Below, piece by piece: positions 30,860 to 41,170 of a DNA stretch of 64,000 bases. Position 1 is the stretch's first letter; every line of letters starts with the position of its first letter. Both the position numbers and the translations under genes were made by a program. The stretch is taken from assembly GCA_965208125.1 (NCBI GenBank), contig OZ242320.1:1152001-1216000 (forward strand), written 5' to 3'. This DNA comes from Candidatus Latescibacterota bacterium. Its GTDB lineage: Bacteria; Latescibacterota; UBA2968. The notes below the pieces were generated by a model. That model had not been told where the DNA came from. It ran no database searches and worked only from the letters and a program-made list of their open reading frames with translations.

Positions 30860-31483
30860 TCACTCACCTATCTCATCAAACCCATTCACAACCCGGCTGA
30901 TCAACCCGTATTCCACAGCTTCATCGGGACTCATCCAATAGTCTCGATCCGTATCTTCCTCAATCTTTTCAAGTGGCTGACCGGTCTCATCGGCATACAT
31001 CTCGTTAATCTTCTTCTTAATCTTCACGACCTCCTCAGCCGTACGCCGCACATCTTCCGCCACCCCTTGAAACCGCATCGAAGGCTGATGAATCATAAGG
31101 CGCGAATTTGGCAAAGCCAGCCGATCTGCCTTATCTGCCGCCATCATAATCACCGTCGCTGCACTGGCTGACAGCCCCGCACTGATAATCTTTACTCTGG
31201 GTCGGATAAACCGGATCATATCGTAAATCGCAAACCCATCGTACACACTACCGCCGGGCGAATTGATAAAAATTTTAATCGGTTCTTCCGAATCTTGATG
31301 ATCCAAAAACAGCAACTGCGCCGTCACCTTAGCCGTCAATTTGTGATCCACGGGATCGGAAATCAAAATCGTACGCGCATCTATCAGTCCCTTGTTCAAA
31401 ATACCGTTCTTCGACGCGCCGTCTTCCTCTTTATCCTCATCCTCGAGGATCACATCGTCCTCAAAAATCATCCAATCCTCCAA
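30860..31483 (-). CDS. clpP: ATP-dependent Clp protease proteolytic subunit
   Basis: QLLFLD, INSPGGSV.DG.AIYD, SASAA (Ser), MIHQP (His), DTDRD (Asp). Confidence 0.92.
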   Translation of the reverse strand: MEDWMIFEDDVILEDEDKEEDGASKNGILNKGLIDARTILISDPVDHKLTAKVTAQLLFLDHQDSEEPIKIFINSPGGSVYDGFAIYDMIRFIRPRVKIISAGLSASAATVIMMAADKADRLALPNSRLMIHQPSMRFQGVAEDVRRTAEEVVKIKKKINEMYADETGQPLEKIEEDTDRDYWMSPDEAVEYGLISRVVNGFDEIGE

Positions 31484-31514
31484 AAAATAGAAACAACGAT
31501 AAATACGACCATCC

Positions 31515-31657
31515 TGGACGCCTGCTTAAGACATGCAGGCGTGACCCCGTATAAGCAATGACTCTATACGGCAAGCACTACGGGGCAGGCTCCCAAGCGA
31601 TTGTCATCGCGGCATATTTAAAGCATGTCCCGTAGGTTGTAATACGGGACCGCGATC
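31515..31657. repeat. Composite cluster of GTCA-type REP-like hairpins
   Basis: acgcctgc/gcaggcgt; ccccgta/tacgggg; atcgcgg/ccgcgat enclosing gtcccgta/tacgggac. Confidence 0.6.
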
Positions 31658-31698
31658 AAATTTATCCCATATCCCCATTTGAGTCAAGAGCCTTGCTA

Positions 31699-34600
31699 TT
31701 AATTTTTTATCTCCAAACGCCTATCCGCCTTCACCAACTTCACCTCTACACTCTTTCCGTCCTGACACGTAAACGCCACAACCGTCTGATCCTCGCGCTC
31801 CTCTACAATCTCCGCTAGATCATACATGCCATCCAAACGCCATACCCCTCGCACCGTCACCTCTACCTTCCGAGGCATACTCGGCTGATTAACAACCAGC
31901 GTACCATCCTGACGGTGCGGCGTTTGAATCTCCCAACGCCACCCAAAATCCGGATCAGCCACCGAAACCAATAAACCATCCTCCACTTCTCGGGACATCA
32001 CCAAACTCGGCAAAGACACAGCCTCAACTGGACCGCCTGTTGGCCTAACATCCTTATCGAACAGCGCGTAACCCGTCGCCTTCATCCCCCGATGATGCAC
32101 AATATGTGCCTCGTGATCTCGATGCCACACATCGTATTCCGGCGCACTCGCAAACGCACTTACCCTATCAGGCGACCTCTGAACCAGCACTGCATAGTGA
32201 TATGACGCACCACGAGGCATGGGACCGTGATCCAGATACGCCAATTCAAAAGCTCCTGTACCCCCGCTATCCCTGCCATAATCTTTAGAAACTTGCACCT
32301 CGCGCTGCACTCGCAGACCCTCTCCATCGGGAATCACATACCCATTGCCCAATGAATCCATCAGCCATGCCCTCTGCCCCTTTGTCCCCGAAAACGTATA
32401 GGGAATCCCCCGTACGCTCTCCCCATTCACCCCCGTGGAACGGTCCTCAGAGATAGCCGCCTGAAACAACGGCGTCACCGTCGCATGCCTACCATCATCA
32501 TTCTCAATACCAGAACCCAGACAAACTATCACATCGTCAAAACAGAACACTGTCTTAACCGCCCGAAAACTCGTATTGAACCTCGTATCGTGTAACTTCA
32601 GCGCAAACACACCGTCTTGCCCTTTCAGATTCACCCCACCCACAAAAGTCTCATCCGAAAAATTGCGATCGCGCCCTTCGTGTTTGAGCTGCTCATGACT
32701 CAGGCGAATCACCGTCGTACCGGGCCACATACTCCAATCCCACCCATCTCGAACAATCCCACTCGCCTCTCGACCAACCGGATCGCCACTCGCGTAAATC
32801 AGCACTGAACCATAGCTCAAATAACGACCAAGCGGATTATTCCTGCCCGAAGACTCGTAATCCCACACATATTTACCCCACCCCTTCATACTCACCATCC
32901 AGTCCCCACGCCGATGAATAGACAGCGCGCCATAAGGCAATGTCCAGTGCCCAGAGGGCGGAGCGGCGGGCGCGTAACCCGCACTCGCAAAATCTGCCAT
33001 CATCTGCATTGCGCCCGGCGTATGCAAATACATCAGCCGCACGGCTACCCGCTCAAACAAATCTTCTATCAGCAACTGCGACTTCGGCTTCCAAAGCTGC
33101 ATAAACGCGCCCGCCAGTTCCGCATCCACCGGAGCATAACTCAAAGCCACATACATATACGCCGGCAAAAGTTTGGTAGCCACCGCAGTATTCCGCGGGA
33201 AACGACCATTAACAGCCATTGAAATATCATACGTATTCGCCATAATCCTGGACGTCAAAAGTGCCTGCTTCAAATTATCGCGCTTATCATCCCCAACTGC
33301 AAAAGGCGTATCGTGCAACAAATACACCAGCACAGAAGCCACATGAAAGGCATTTGGCGCATATCCACTCGCGTAAATCCCCCGATGGTGAAAACCCGTG
33401 TAATCCGGCTTAATCGTATCCAGCCACCCCGGCGCAATAGATAGTGCATTATTCAGCCACGCGATATAGCAACGCATATTTGCCACCTTCTCGGGCGTAT
33501 CGTCCATCATCAAAATACACAACAACCGATACATCGCCACCGAGCGTATAAAATCCGCATTCGCGCCCAGCACCTGGGGATCCTCATACAACTCGCCAAA
33601 CATACTGAACCATTTCAGCGTCGCCAATTCCCGCGCCAGTAGTCCTCTACTCTGCAAAACATCCCGCATCAAATACACCGCATGGGCATATCCCGCAACC
33701 CGCAAAAACTCGTGATGCATCGCCCCAACACCACTGCCATCTGCCCAACCCTGATCGTGCAAATAGTCAAAAACATCTATCACCCGGTCTTTCGCCTCCT
33801 CATTGCCATTCAATCGATAATCCAGCACCAAACGCAACAAAACCCCCTGAAAAACACTCTGAAAAAGGGGTTCATAGGGCGACAACTCGGCAAACAAGGG
33901 TTTCCCCAAAATGCGATCACCCTCGCGTCGAATCTCGTAATCCGCCAGACTGCGATACCCACGCCTTATATAGGCTTTGAGTTCGTTGAGCCGTATCCTC
34001 ACAGGCTCCCGCTGGTCATCCTTCACCCCATCACCCATCACCCACGCTTCATATCGCCGGGCAATCGTCTCAAGAGCCAGCCTCTCATCATCGGTAATCT
34101 GCGAAGGAAGTGGACCCGACAACCTGTTTTGACTCCATCGATATTCGCGGCTCCTATCAGCTCTATCTGTATTGACATAAGGAACCTGTGCATCTGGAGA
34201 TCGCCTGGGGTGAATTCTCTCCACCAACTCCATCAAATCCAGATACACAGTTCCCCTATTCGGTGCCCTGATTTCAAACGCCGTCGTCCGTCCACTTTTC
34301 GTCCCCTCATAAGACCTGTTCCGCGCATCATCCCGCAAATGGATCCACATCGCTCGCCAGCCCGTAAAATTCAAACCAAACTCAAACTGGTAACGCGGAT
34401 TATTTGCCGACAACTCAGATTCCGTGCCAAACCCAAACGTCAGCACCTCATCGAGCGCCTCCTCGTTGTACACCCACGCCCGAAACCCGGTCAGCGCCTT
34501 ATTGCGTCCCGGAGCCGGGTCTATAAACAAAAGCCGCCCGTTATTCTGCCAGGTCCATTTGAGAGATTGCTGTCCCTCCTTATAACGCCTCGTCGAAAGC

Positions 34601-34725
34601 GACACCTCGCTACCTGCATCTACCTGATAGCTCTCGCCCACCGCCTCAAAATCATAGCGCCAGGGCATATCCTGTGCCATCGCCGCACTGGCCATACCAA
34701 CAGCAAAAATAAAAATCCACTTCAT
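31699..34725 (-). CDS. Chondroitinase ABC-like polysaccharide lyase (PL8)
   Basis: Signal peptide; FGLNFTGWRA.W, DQGWADGS..G..HH, IKPD.TGFHH...Y..GY, HRRGDWMV..KG, GWDWS.WPGTT, KTVFCFD...VCLGS.I. Confidence 0.85.
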   Translation of the reverse strand: MKWIFIFAVGMASAAMAQDMPWRYDFEAVGESYQVDAGSEVSLSTRRYKEGQQSLKWTWQNNGRLLFIDPAPGRNKALTGFRAWVYNEEALDEVLTFGFGTESELSANNPRYQFEFGLNFTGWRAMWIHLRDDARNRSYEGTKSGRTTAFEIRAPNRGTVYLDLMELVERIHPRRSPDAQVPYVNTDRADRSREYRWSQNRLSGPLPSQITDDERLALETIARRYEAWVMGDGVKDDQREPVRIRLNELKAYIRRGYRSLADYEIRREGDRILGKPLFAELSPYEPLFQSVFQGVLLRLVLDYRLNGNEEAKDRVIDVFDYLHDQGWADGSGVGAMHHEFLRVAGYAHAVYLMRDVLQSRGLLARELATLKWFSMFGELYEDPQVLGANADFIRSVAMYRLLCILMMDDTPEKVANMRCYIAWLNNALSIAPGWLDTIKPDYTGFHHRGIYASGYAPNAFHVASVLVYLLHDTPFAVGDDKRDNLKQALLTSRIMANTYDISMAVNGRFPRNTAVATKLLPAYMYVALSYAPVDAELAGAFMQLWKPKSQLLIEDLFERVAVRLMYLHTPGAMQMMADFASAGYAPAAPPSGHWTLPYGALSIHRRGDWMVSMKGWGKYVWDYESSGRNNPLGRYLSYGSVLIYASGDPVGREASGIVRDGWDWSMWPGTTVIRLSHEQLKHEGRDRNFSDETFVGGVNLKGQDGVFALKLHDTRFNTSFRAVKTVFCFDDVIVCLGSGIENDDGRHATVTPLFQAAISEDRSTGVNGESVRGIPYTFSGTKGQRAWLMDSLGNGYVIPDGEGLRVQREVQVSKDYGRDSGGTGAFELAYLDHGPMPRGASYHYAVLVQRSPDRVSAFASAPEYDVWHRDHEAHIVHHRGMKATGYALFDKDVRPTGGPVEAVSLPSLVMSREVEDGLLVSVADPDFGWRWEIQTPHRQDGTLVVNQPSMPRKVEVTVRGVWRLDGMYDLAEIVEEREDQTVVAFTCQDGKSVEVKLVKADRRLEIKN

Positions 34726-34742
34726 ACACACCTCTCTAAAAA

Positions 34743-36005
34743 CTATACCGGCGCATCCTCTGGCCTGGGAATATCCACAAACCAGGCAAAAATAGCCACC
34801 AGCAACACCGCTGGAGCCAGCGCGTAAAACGCTGGTGCATAAGACCCCGCAGAACTAAAAACAGACTCAATAAACCACGGACCCGTTGCAGAAGCCAAAA
34901 CCGCAAACACCTGTGCCGCACCCTGAATCTTGCCCAAATGAAGACGGCCAAAAATATCTGCCCACGCCGTAAAAAAAATCACCGAAACCACACCCCCGGA
35001 AAACCCCAGCAATCCCGCATGTGTCAGCGCTTGCCCCGATGTTTTAAGCTGCGGAAACAAAAGCAAATAAAGACCAACCGCCAGCATCGCAACCGTCATC
35101 AGCCTGCCCAAAGACCATCGGCGCGCCGCCCAACCCGCTGTAAAATTCCCCAACAAACCCGTCGCCATAAACACCGCCATAGCGTATTGAAACACCGTCT
35201 CATCAAACCCCAACTCCCCCAATATAGACTGATTGAACAGCATCACCCCCGCAATAACCAGATTGTAAAGCGCACTCCCAATAGCAAACACATAAAAAGC
35301 CGGTGTCATCAACGCCTGTACGAGCGTAAACCCAATCACCGGCTCCTGTGCCTCATCATCTTTCACAACCTCGGTATCCAGCCCAATCGCCTCCGGATCT
35401 CGACGAACAAATAGCAGGCACAAACCTGCCAAAATCATTAGAATCCACCCCAACCCCGACCACATAACCCGCCAACCCTGCGAGAGCACAACATCGCCAG
35501 CAACAACAATAGCGACCGCAAAACCCAGACTCATAAGCACGGCAAAAATACCCATCGCAACACTTAACCGCCGCACAAACCACTTGCCAACCATCGTCAA
35601 ACTAACCACAGACAGCGCGCTCTGCCCCACACCCCGCATCAAAACCAGCAACAAAAGCAAAAAACCAGCACCTGTCATCTGGCTAAACCCCAAAACCACC
35701 AGACTCAGAACAAATAGCACCGACGTCACAACAGCGCGAACCCCAAAGCGGTCAATAGTTACCCCGCAGATCAAATTGAACAACGCTCCAAAAATAGTCG
35801 CCCAGAAATTCATCCCGGCAAAATCGAGCCGGGAAATATCCAGATCCGCGATCAAAGGCTCTGTAATCAAACCAATACCAACACTTCTGCCCGGCAGCGT
35901 AGCCACCATCGCAACCGCCGCAAAAATCAGAACCACCCAGCCGTAATAAAACGGCACGCGTGTGGGCAGCCCATTGCCAAAAATAGTTTTGGAACTCAAT
36001 TTCAC
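34743..36005 (-). CDS. MFS transporter
   Basis: FYYGWVV, G..IDRFG.R motif A, KWF.RR...AMG, about 12 TM; GTG start re-picked. Confidence 0.88.
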   Translation of the reverse strand: MKLSSKTIFGNGLPTRVPFYYGWVVLIFAAVAMVATLPGRSVGIGLITEPLIADLDISRLDFAGMNFWATIFGALFNLICGVTIDRFGVRAVVTSVLFVLSLVVLGFSQMTGAGFLLLLLVLMRGVGQSALSVVSLTMVGKWFVRRLSVAMGIFAVLMSLGFAVAIVVAGDVVLSQGWRVMWSGLGWILMILAGLCLLFVRRDPEAIGLDTEVVKDDEAQEPVIGFTLVQALMTPAFYVFAIGSALYNLVIAGVMLFNQSILGELGFDETVFQYAMAVFMATGLLGNFTAGWAARRWSLGRLMTVAMLAVGLYLLLFPQLKTSGQALTHAGLLGFSGGVVSVIFFTAWADIFGRLHLGKIQGAAQVFAVLASATGPWFIESVFSSAGSYAPAFYALAPAVLLVAIFAWFVDIPRPEDAPV

Positions 36006-36053
36006 CTCATCAACGTGATGTGTGACTTCAAAGCAACCACAGAGTAAAAAGCG

Positions 36054-36105
36054 AACAATCAGCAATCAGCTTTCAGCGATCAGCTAAACGCTTGTTTTGC
36101 TGACT
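36054..36105. repeat. Heptamer array (AGCAATC-like) with short inverted partner
   Basis: aacaatc agcaatc agctttc agcgatc agctaaa ... gctgact. Confidence 0.6.
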
Positions 36106-36111
36106 ACTAAA

Positions 36112-36933
36112 TCATTCCACACACACCTTGAGCTTTGCCAATCCCTCTTCTGCAACCACAACAGAACCCTTTGCCCAATAACTCGGATTAAACAACTCCA
36201 GAGACAACATCCCCTCATACTCCGCATTCTCAAACCCCGCCACAATCTCTGCCCACGGTGCCAAACCATCCCCCGGATAAACCCGATCCGCATCTGTTAT
36301 GGTATCCCTGTTAGGCGAAGCCGGATAATCATTCACATGCACCAATCCCAACTTGCCCGGACCCAGATGTTCCAGCCCGTGAAAATGTCCACTCCCCTTG
36401 TACATATGATAAACATCCGCCAGAAGCACCGTATCTGGCCGTCCGCATTCAGCCGCCACCAGCAAAGCCTCGCCCAACGTACCCAGGGTCTGTGCAATAC
36501 CCCAAAATTCCAGCAACGGTATCGCCCGAAACCCGGCAACCTCATCCATCAACTCCCCATAGCGACGCGCCACAGAAAACAAATCCACATCCCGGTCTCG
36601 AATCCCAAAAGGCGGAGCCGCGACATACGTGCAATCGAGCGCATCGGCCATCTCAAAACAGCGACGCGCCTCTTCAAGCCCCTTTGCCCGCTCCTCATCC
36701 TCTGGCACTGACCACTCAAAAAACGCGATCAAATTGACAATCTGAATCCCCCTATCCGCTGCCTTATCGCGTATATCAGACAGCGAACCACCCCCCGCAA
36801 CCCACGCATCAATTTCTGCCACCCACGGCTCAATCCCCTCATACCCCGTATCCGCCGCAATATCGATGGCATCGACCACAGAAACACCCTCATTGCGAAT
36901 CGTGCTGGTATTCAAACAATACGAAAAACCCAT
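36112..36933 (-). CDS. Sugar-phosphate isomerase/epimerase (xylose isomerase-like TIM barrel)
   Basis: GYEGIEPW, LEF, DVYH, VHVND, RVYPGDG, SLELFN. Confidence 0.88.
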   Translation of the reverse strand: MGFSYCLNTSTIRNEGVSVVDAIDIAADTGYEGIEPWVAEIDAWVAGGGSLSDIRDKAADRGIQIVNLIAFFEWSVPEDEERAKGLEEARRCFEMADALDCTYVAAPPFGIRDRDVDLFSVARRYGELMDEVAGFRAIPLLEFWGIAQTLGTLGEALLVAAECGRPDTVLLADVYHMYKGSGHFHGLEHLGPGKLGLVHVNDYPASPNRDTITDADRVYPGDGLAPWAEIVAGFENAEYEGMLSLELFNPSYWAKGSVVVAEEGLAKLKVCVE

Positions 36934-36944
36934 TTTTATTCTCC

Positions 36945-38333
36945 TCAAATACTCGGCAAAGGTGCCGTATCACCCGTCTCGTGCTGCCACAAGCGAATCG
37001 ACGCCGCCATATTGCGAACGCGATCCCGGTGCTCGGGCGCATCGAACAAATTATTCTCCTCAAAAGGATCGGTATTCAAATCGAACAACTCGCACTGATC
37101 GCCCGCACACAAATTCAACTTCCACCGGTCGCCCGTCACAACACAGCGCCACGGCAGCGTCGCCACCAAATTGATATCGGGAGTCCCCAAATTGCGGTCG
37201 CCAATCCCATTCCACTCCATAAACGCCATATGCGCCTTCAAATCGCGTTCACCCGTCAACGCACCCGCCACACTCTCACCCTGACACTGATCCGGAATCG
37301 GCAACCCCGCCAGATCCAAAAGCGTCGGAACCAGATCCGCGTGACCAAACACCCCATCCACCCGCGTCTGCTCCGCACTCAACCACGGCACATGCATCAA
37401 AAACGGAACCCGCGCCGACTCCTCGTAAAACGCCCGCTTCTCCCACATGCGGTGATCGCCCGCCATCTCGCCGTGATCACTCGTAAACACAAAAATCGTA
37501 TTCTCCATCTGATCCGTCTCATCCAGTGCCTGCACCATCTTCCCAATGGCATCATCCACAATTTTCACATTGCCCAAATACTGCGCCCGCAACTTCCGCC
37601 AATTCTCATCCCGCGTCATATCTTCTGCCACAACCCGCGCATCCGTAGTATTGCGATAAAAATCCGAACGCACGCGATTAAACAGCGAATGCCCCTCTGG
37701 ATGCTTCAAAAAAGTCGGACCCACCGGAATCTCCTCCGGATCGTACAACCCGTCATAAGGTCCCCGATAAGGCGGATGCGGCTCAAACGTACTGGCAACG
37801 AGCAGCCATGGACGCCCCGTATTCTCGCGAATAAACCGCTCGGACTCCGCGCCCACATAAGCCCCAATCTGCGCGGAAGCCGGCATCTCCGCGCGTTGTT
37901 GGGGTGTAAATCTGTTGGGCACATCCGGCACAAAGCCCTGATCCAGCAACCACTGATGGTACCCACACCCATCCGCAATACTACACCACTCGTCAAACCC
38001 GTGCTGACAGTTGCCGTCATCTCCCAGATGCCACTTGCCCACATACCCCTTGCGGTACGCATCGGGCATCATCTCCGCGATGGACAACGTCTCCTCCCTC
38101 AGCGGAATACCATTGACCACACACCCATGCGAATGCGGATAAAGCCCGGTAATCAGCGACCCCCGCGCCGGCGTACAAACCGCCTGCGTCACATAAGCAT
38201 TCTCAAAAACAAAACTGCGATCGGCCAGCGCGTCATGATGCGGCGACTGAATCCACTCATTGCCATAACACGCCATCGTATCCGTGCGCTGCTGATCCGT
38301 AATAATAACTACAATATTTGGTTGACGCGACAT
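36945..38333 (-). CDS. S1 sulfatase (choline-sulfatase-like), no signal peptide
   Basis: PNI...TDQ, CTPARG.LITG, GKWHLG, EPHPP, SDHG. Confidence 0.92.
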   Translation of the reverse strand: MSRQPNIVVIITDQQRTDTMACYGNEWIQSPHHDALADRSFVFENAYVTQAVCTPARGSLITGLYPHSHGCVVNGIPLREETLSIAEMMPDAYRKGYVGKWHLGDDGNCQHGFDEWCSIADGCGYHQWLLDQGFVPDVPNRFTPQQRAEMPASAQIGAYVGAESERFIRENTGRPWLLVASTFEPHPPYRGPYDGLYDPEEIPVGPTFLKHPEGHSLFNRVRSDFYRNTTDARVVAEDMTRDENWRKLRAQYLGNVKIVDDAIGKMVQALDETDQMENTIFVFTSDHGEMAGDHRMWEKRAFYEESARVPFLMHVPWLSAEQTRVDGVFGHADLVPTLLDLAGLPIPDQCQGESVAGALTGERDLKAHMAFMEWNGIGDRNLGTPDINLVATLPWRCVVTGDRWKLNLCAGDQCELFDLNTDPFEENNLFDAPEHRDRVRNMAASIRLWQHETGDTAPLPSI

Positions 38334-38335
38334 TG

Positions 38336-39673
38336 CTATCTCTCCTGAATTTCAAAATGCCTACCTTCTTTCGCCGCTTGCCATTGGTCTTCTGTATCGA
38401 TCTCAGCGCCGGGATCGCCCTGTTGTTTCATCCAGCAATCGAGCGCGGCAGACAGGCGTTTCTTCGCCTCTGCATACGCGGGATCATCGGCCAGATTATT
38501 CAACTCGCAGGGATCCTCATCCATGCGATACAACTGCTCGGGCGGGCGGCGCATATATCGATCCACCAAAAACCGCGTATGCTCATTAAACGTCGTATCA
38601 AAAACCCACGTCGGCCAGTACTGATGCCATCGAAACTGCCCCATCAGATGCTTCTCGATATAGATCGCCTCGGGCGTCAAATTGCGAATATAGTGATACG
38701 TACCATCCGTCACCGCGCGGATCGGATACGGCGGACCCTCGGGAATATTATTATGCATAAAATACGCGAACTCCCGATGCGCATCTGCCTCCTCCAACAG
38801 CACAGACATAAAACTCGACCCATCAAAATCAATCGCACCTGGATCACCGCCCGCAGCCTCAATCAGCGTAGGCGCGACATCCTCATACTGAATAACCGCA
38901 TCGGTATATCCCGGCTTCACCACGCCGGGCCAGCGCACGATAAAACCCGTATGAACACCCGTATTCCAATTCGTCCACTTGCACCCGGGAAACTGCGACC
39001 CCTGCTCAGACGTAAAAATCACCAGCGTATTATCCGCCTTCCCGGACTCATCCAGCACCGCCAGAATCTCACCCACCTCCTGATCCAGCACCTCGATCTC
39101 CGCCAAATATTTGGCATAATCGCTCCGCGTCTCCTCTGTATCCGCCAGATACGGAGGCAACTTTAACGCATCCAGATCAAAATGCTCGAGATTGCCCAGC
39201 GTCCACGGCGCGTGCGGCTCAAAAAGACCCGCCACAAGACAAAAAGGCGCATCCCGATCTTGCTCCACAAACGCGCGAATCCCCTCAACGCCAAACTCGG
39301 GATCGGGATGTGTGCATCCCCCCTCAATACCCGGCACATATTCAAAAGGAAAACTCTTATTGGGACCCACATGCTTCTTGCCACACAGCCCCACGCGATA
39401 CCCCAGATCCTCCAAAAAATGCGGAAGACTCCTCGTCCCTGGACGCGCGGCAGAATGATTCCAGCACGAACCATTTCGTGCCGGATACAACCCCGTATAA
39501 AGCGCCGTACGGCACGGATTACACATCGCCATAGGCAAATACGCCCGATTAAAAACCAGACCATCCCGCGCCAAACCGTCGATATTCGGCGTATCCACAT
39601 TCTGTCCCCCGTACAGCGACAAATCGAGATACGTCGCATCATCTGCAATCATAATCAAAATATTCGGTCCCAT
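38336..39673 (-). CDS. S1 sulfatase (heparan N-sulfatase/sulfamidase-like)
   Basis: IADD, CNPCRTALYTG, GKKHVGP, EPHAPW, SEQG..FPGCKW. Confidence 0.9.
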   Translation of the reverse strand: MGPNILIMIADDATYLDLSLYGGQNVDTPNIDGLARDGLVFNRAYLPMAMCNPCRTALYTGLYPARNGSCWNHSAARPGTRSLPHFLEDLGYRVGLCGKKHVGPNKSFPFEYVPGIEGGCTHPDPEFGVEGIRAFVEQDRDAPFCLVAGLFEPHAPWTLGNLEHFDLDALKLPPYLADTEETRSDYAKYLAEIEVLDQEVGEILAVLDESGKADNTLVIFTSEQGSQFPGCKWTNWNTGVHTGFIVRWPGVVKPGYTDAVIQYEDVAPTLIEAAGGDPGAIDFDGSSFMSVLLEEADAHREFAYFMHNNIPEGPPYPIRAVTDGTYHYIRNLTPEAIYIEKHLMGQFRWHQYWPTWVFDTTFNEHTRFLVDRYMRRPPEQLYRMDEDPCELNNLADDPAYAEAKKRLSAALDCWMKQQGDPGAEIDTEDQWQAAKEGRHFEIQER

Positions 39674-41112
39674 AACCCCTCCTTTTTAAGTCCCAACCGA
39701 ATCAACAACTCCGACGGCGCATCAATAGCGCGCAATTTCTCAACCATCAAGCTCTGCATACGGGCCAGCGCATCAGAATCACTATCGGCGAGATCATTCT
39801 CCTGCTCGGGATCCGAAGACATGTGATACAACCGCGTCTTGTGCTTCTCGGGATGCCGCGCAGGCGTCTGCTTGCTCCGAAGCACATCGGCACCCCAATC
39901 AAACTGATTCCGATTCGCAATAATACTCGAATAAGCATACACCGGCGGATTGGACTCATCCACCCCCTGCAACAGCACATACTCCCCATCGGTAATATTG
40001 CACGTCCCCGAAAACTGACCGTACAAAATCGCATCGCGCCCGGGCGCATCCTCATCCCGCAGAAACGGAATCAAACTCTGCCCGTGCAAATTCACCCCAT
40101 CCGGCACCGCCAGCCCCATAGCCTCCACCACAGTCGGAAAATAATCAACCGGCTGCACAAACTGCACGGGACGCGCACCGTGACCAAACTCGGGATGCCA
40201 GACAATCATTGGAATCCGCGTAATCTCATTCCAGAGCACCCAGTTCTTTCCCGTGCGCCCGTGATCGCCATTGTGCGTCCCGTGATCCGACGCGAGAATA
40301 ATCATTGTATCATCCATCAACCCCATATTCTCAACCTGATCGAGAAAATGCCCCACCCAGCGATCCACCATCGTCACCTCACCCGCATAAATCGCCTGCA
40401 CCCGCTTCAACTCCGCCTCCGTCAAATTGCCATCCACCCAATCGTAAGGCGCGACCGGATACTCCATCACATCGCCTTCCGAATCATCGTACAACTTCAC
40501 ATAGTGACGTGGCGGATCCCAGGGCTCGTGCGGATCAAAAGAATCAATCATCAAAAAGAACGCCTGATCGGCATTGTGCTGCAGCCACCGGGCCGCCCTT
40601 GAAAACAACTGCGGCGAAAACCAATCGCGTTCTTCCTTGCGGATATATTGTGCATTGCGAAAATGCGGTTGCTCGGGCCTGTTATGCGGCGGATAATCCA
40701 GCGTCCGATTCTCAAAAATAATATCCGAATCCGTCACATACCGGTCCCGCTCCTGACCGCGCACAAAATCAAACCCCGAAAACGGACGCCAGTACCCACT
40801 GCCCGGATTGCTCGTCCAGTGGTGATACACATCCGTAAAAAAATAAGACACCTTACCCGCCTCATGCACCGTCCCACCCAGCGTCACATCATCCGGCTCT
40901 ATACCGCCCCATCCCCGCCACGGAAACTCGTATCGCCCCGTCGCAATATCCCGGCGACACGGCAGCGTGGGATACGAAGCCAAATACGCATTCTCAAAAA
41001 CCGCTGACCGATCGGCAAAACGATCTATATTCGGCGTGTGAATCCGAGAATTATCATAACACCCCACGTGATCTCGACGCCATGTATCCAGCACAATCAG
41101 AATGACATTCAT
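39655..41112 (-). CDS. Sulfatase-like hydrolase with Thr in the nucleophile motif
   Basis: LDTWRRDH, TPNID, TLPCRR.IATG, FDPHEPWDPP, SDHG. Confidence 0.85.
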   Translation of the reverse strand: MNVILIVLDTWRRDHVGCYDNSRIHTPNIDRFADRSAVFENAYLASYPTLPCRRDIATGRYEFPWRGWGGIEPDDVTLGGTVHEAGKVSYFFTDVYHHWTSNPGSGYWRPFSGFDFVRGQERDRYVTDSDIIFENRTLDYPPHNRPEQPHFRNAQYIRKEERDWFSPQLFSRAARWLQHNADQAFFLMIDSFDPHEPWDPPRHYVKLYDDSEGDVMEYPVAPYDWVDGNLTEAELKRVQAIYAGEVTMVDRWVGHFLDQVENMGLMDDTMIILASDHGTHNGDHGRTGKNWVLWNEITRIPMIVWHPEFGHGARPVQFVQPVDYFPTVVEAMGLAVPDGVNLHGQSLIPFLRDEDAPGRDAILYGQFSGTCNITDGEYVLLQGVDESNPPVYAYSSIIANRNQFDWGADVLRSKQTPARHPEKHKTRLYHMSSDPEQENDLADSDSDALARMQSLMVEKLRAIDAPSELLIRLGLKKEGLWDRIF

Positions 41113-41141
41113 AGAAAACTCCTCATGTATTTTGTTGTGAC

Positions 41142-41166
41142 GGGCGACCACAAGGGTCGCCCCTAC
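41142..41166 (-). repeat. GTAG-type REP
   Basis: Identical to 786-810. Confidence 0.85.
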
Positions 41167-41170
41167 ATTC

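Noticed and set aside
36981-38348. Long antisense ORFs (also 33682-34827, 44766-45980, 49276-50241, 51206-52225, 60837-61931)
   Set aside because: They mirror clear minus-strand genes, show no motifs, and have the I/R/H/P-rich composition typical of shadow frames caused by codon bias
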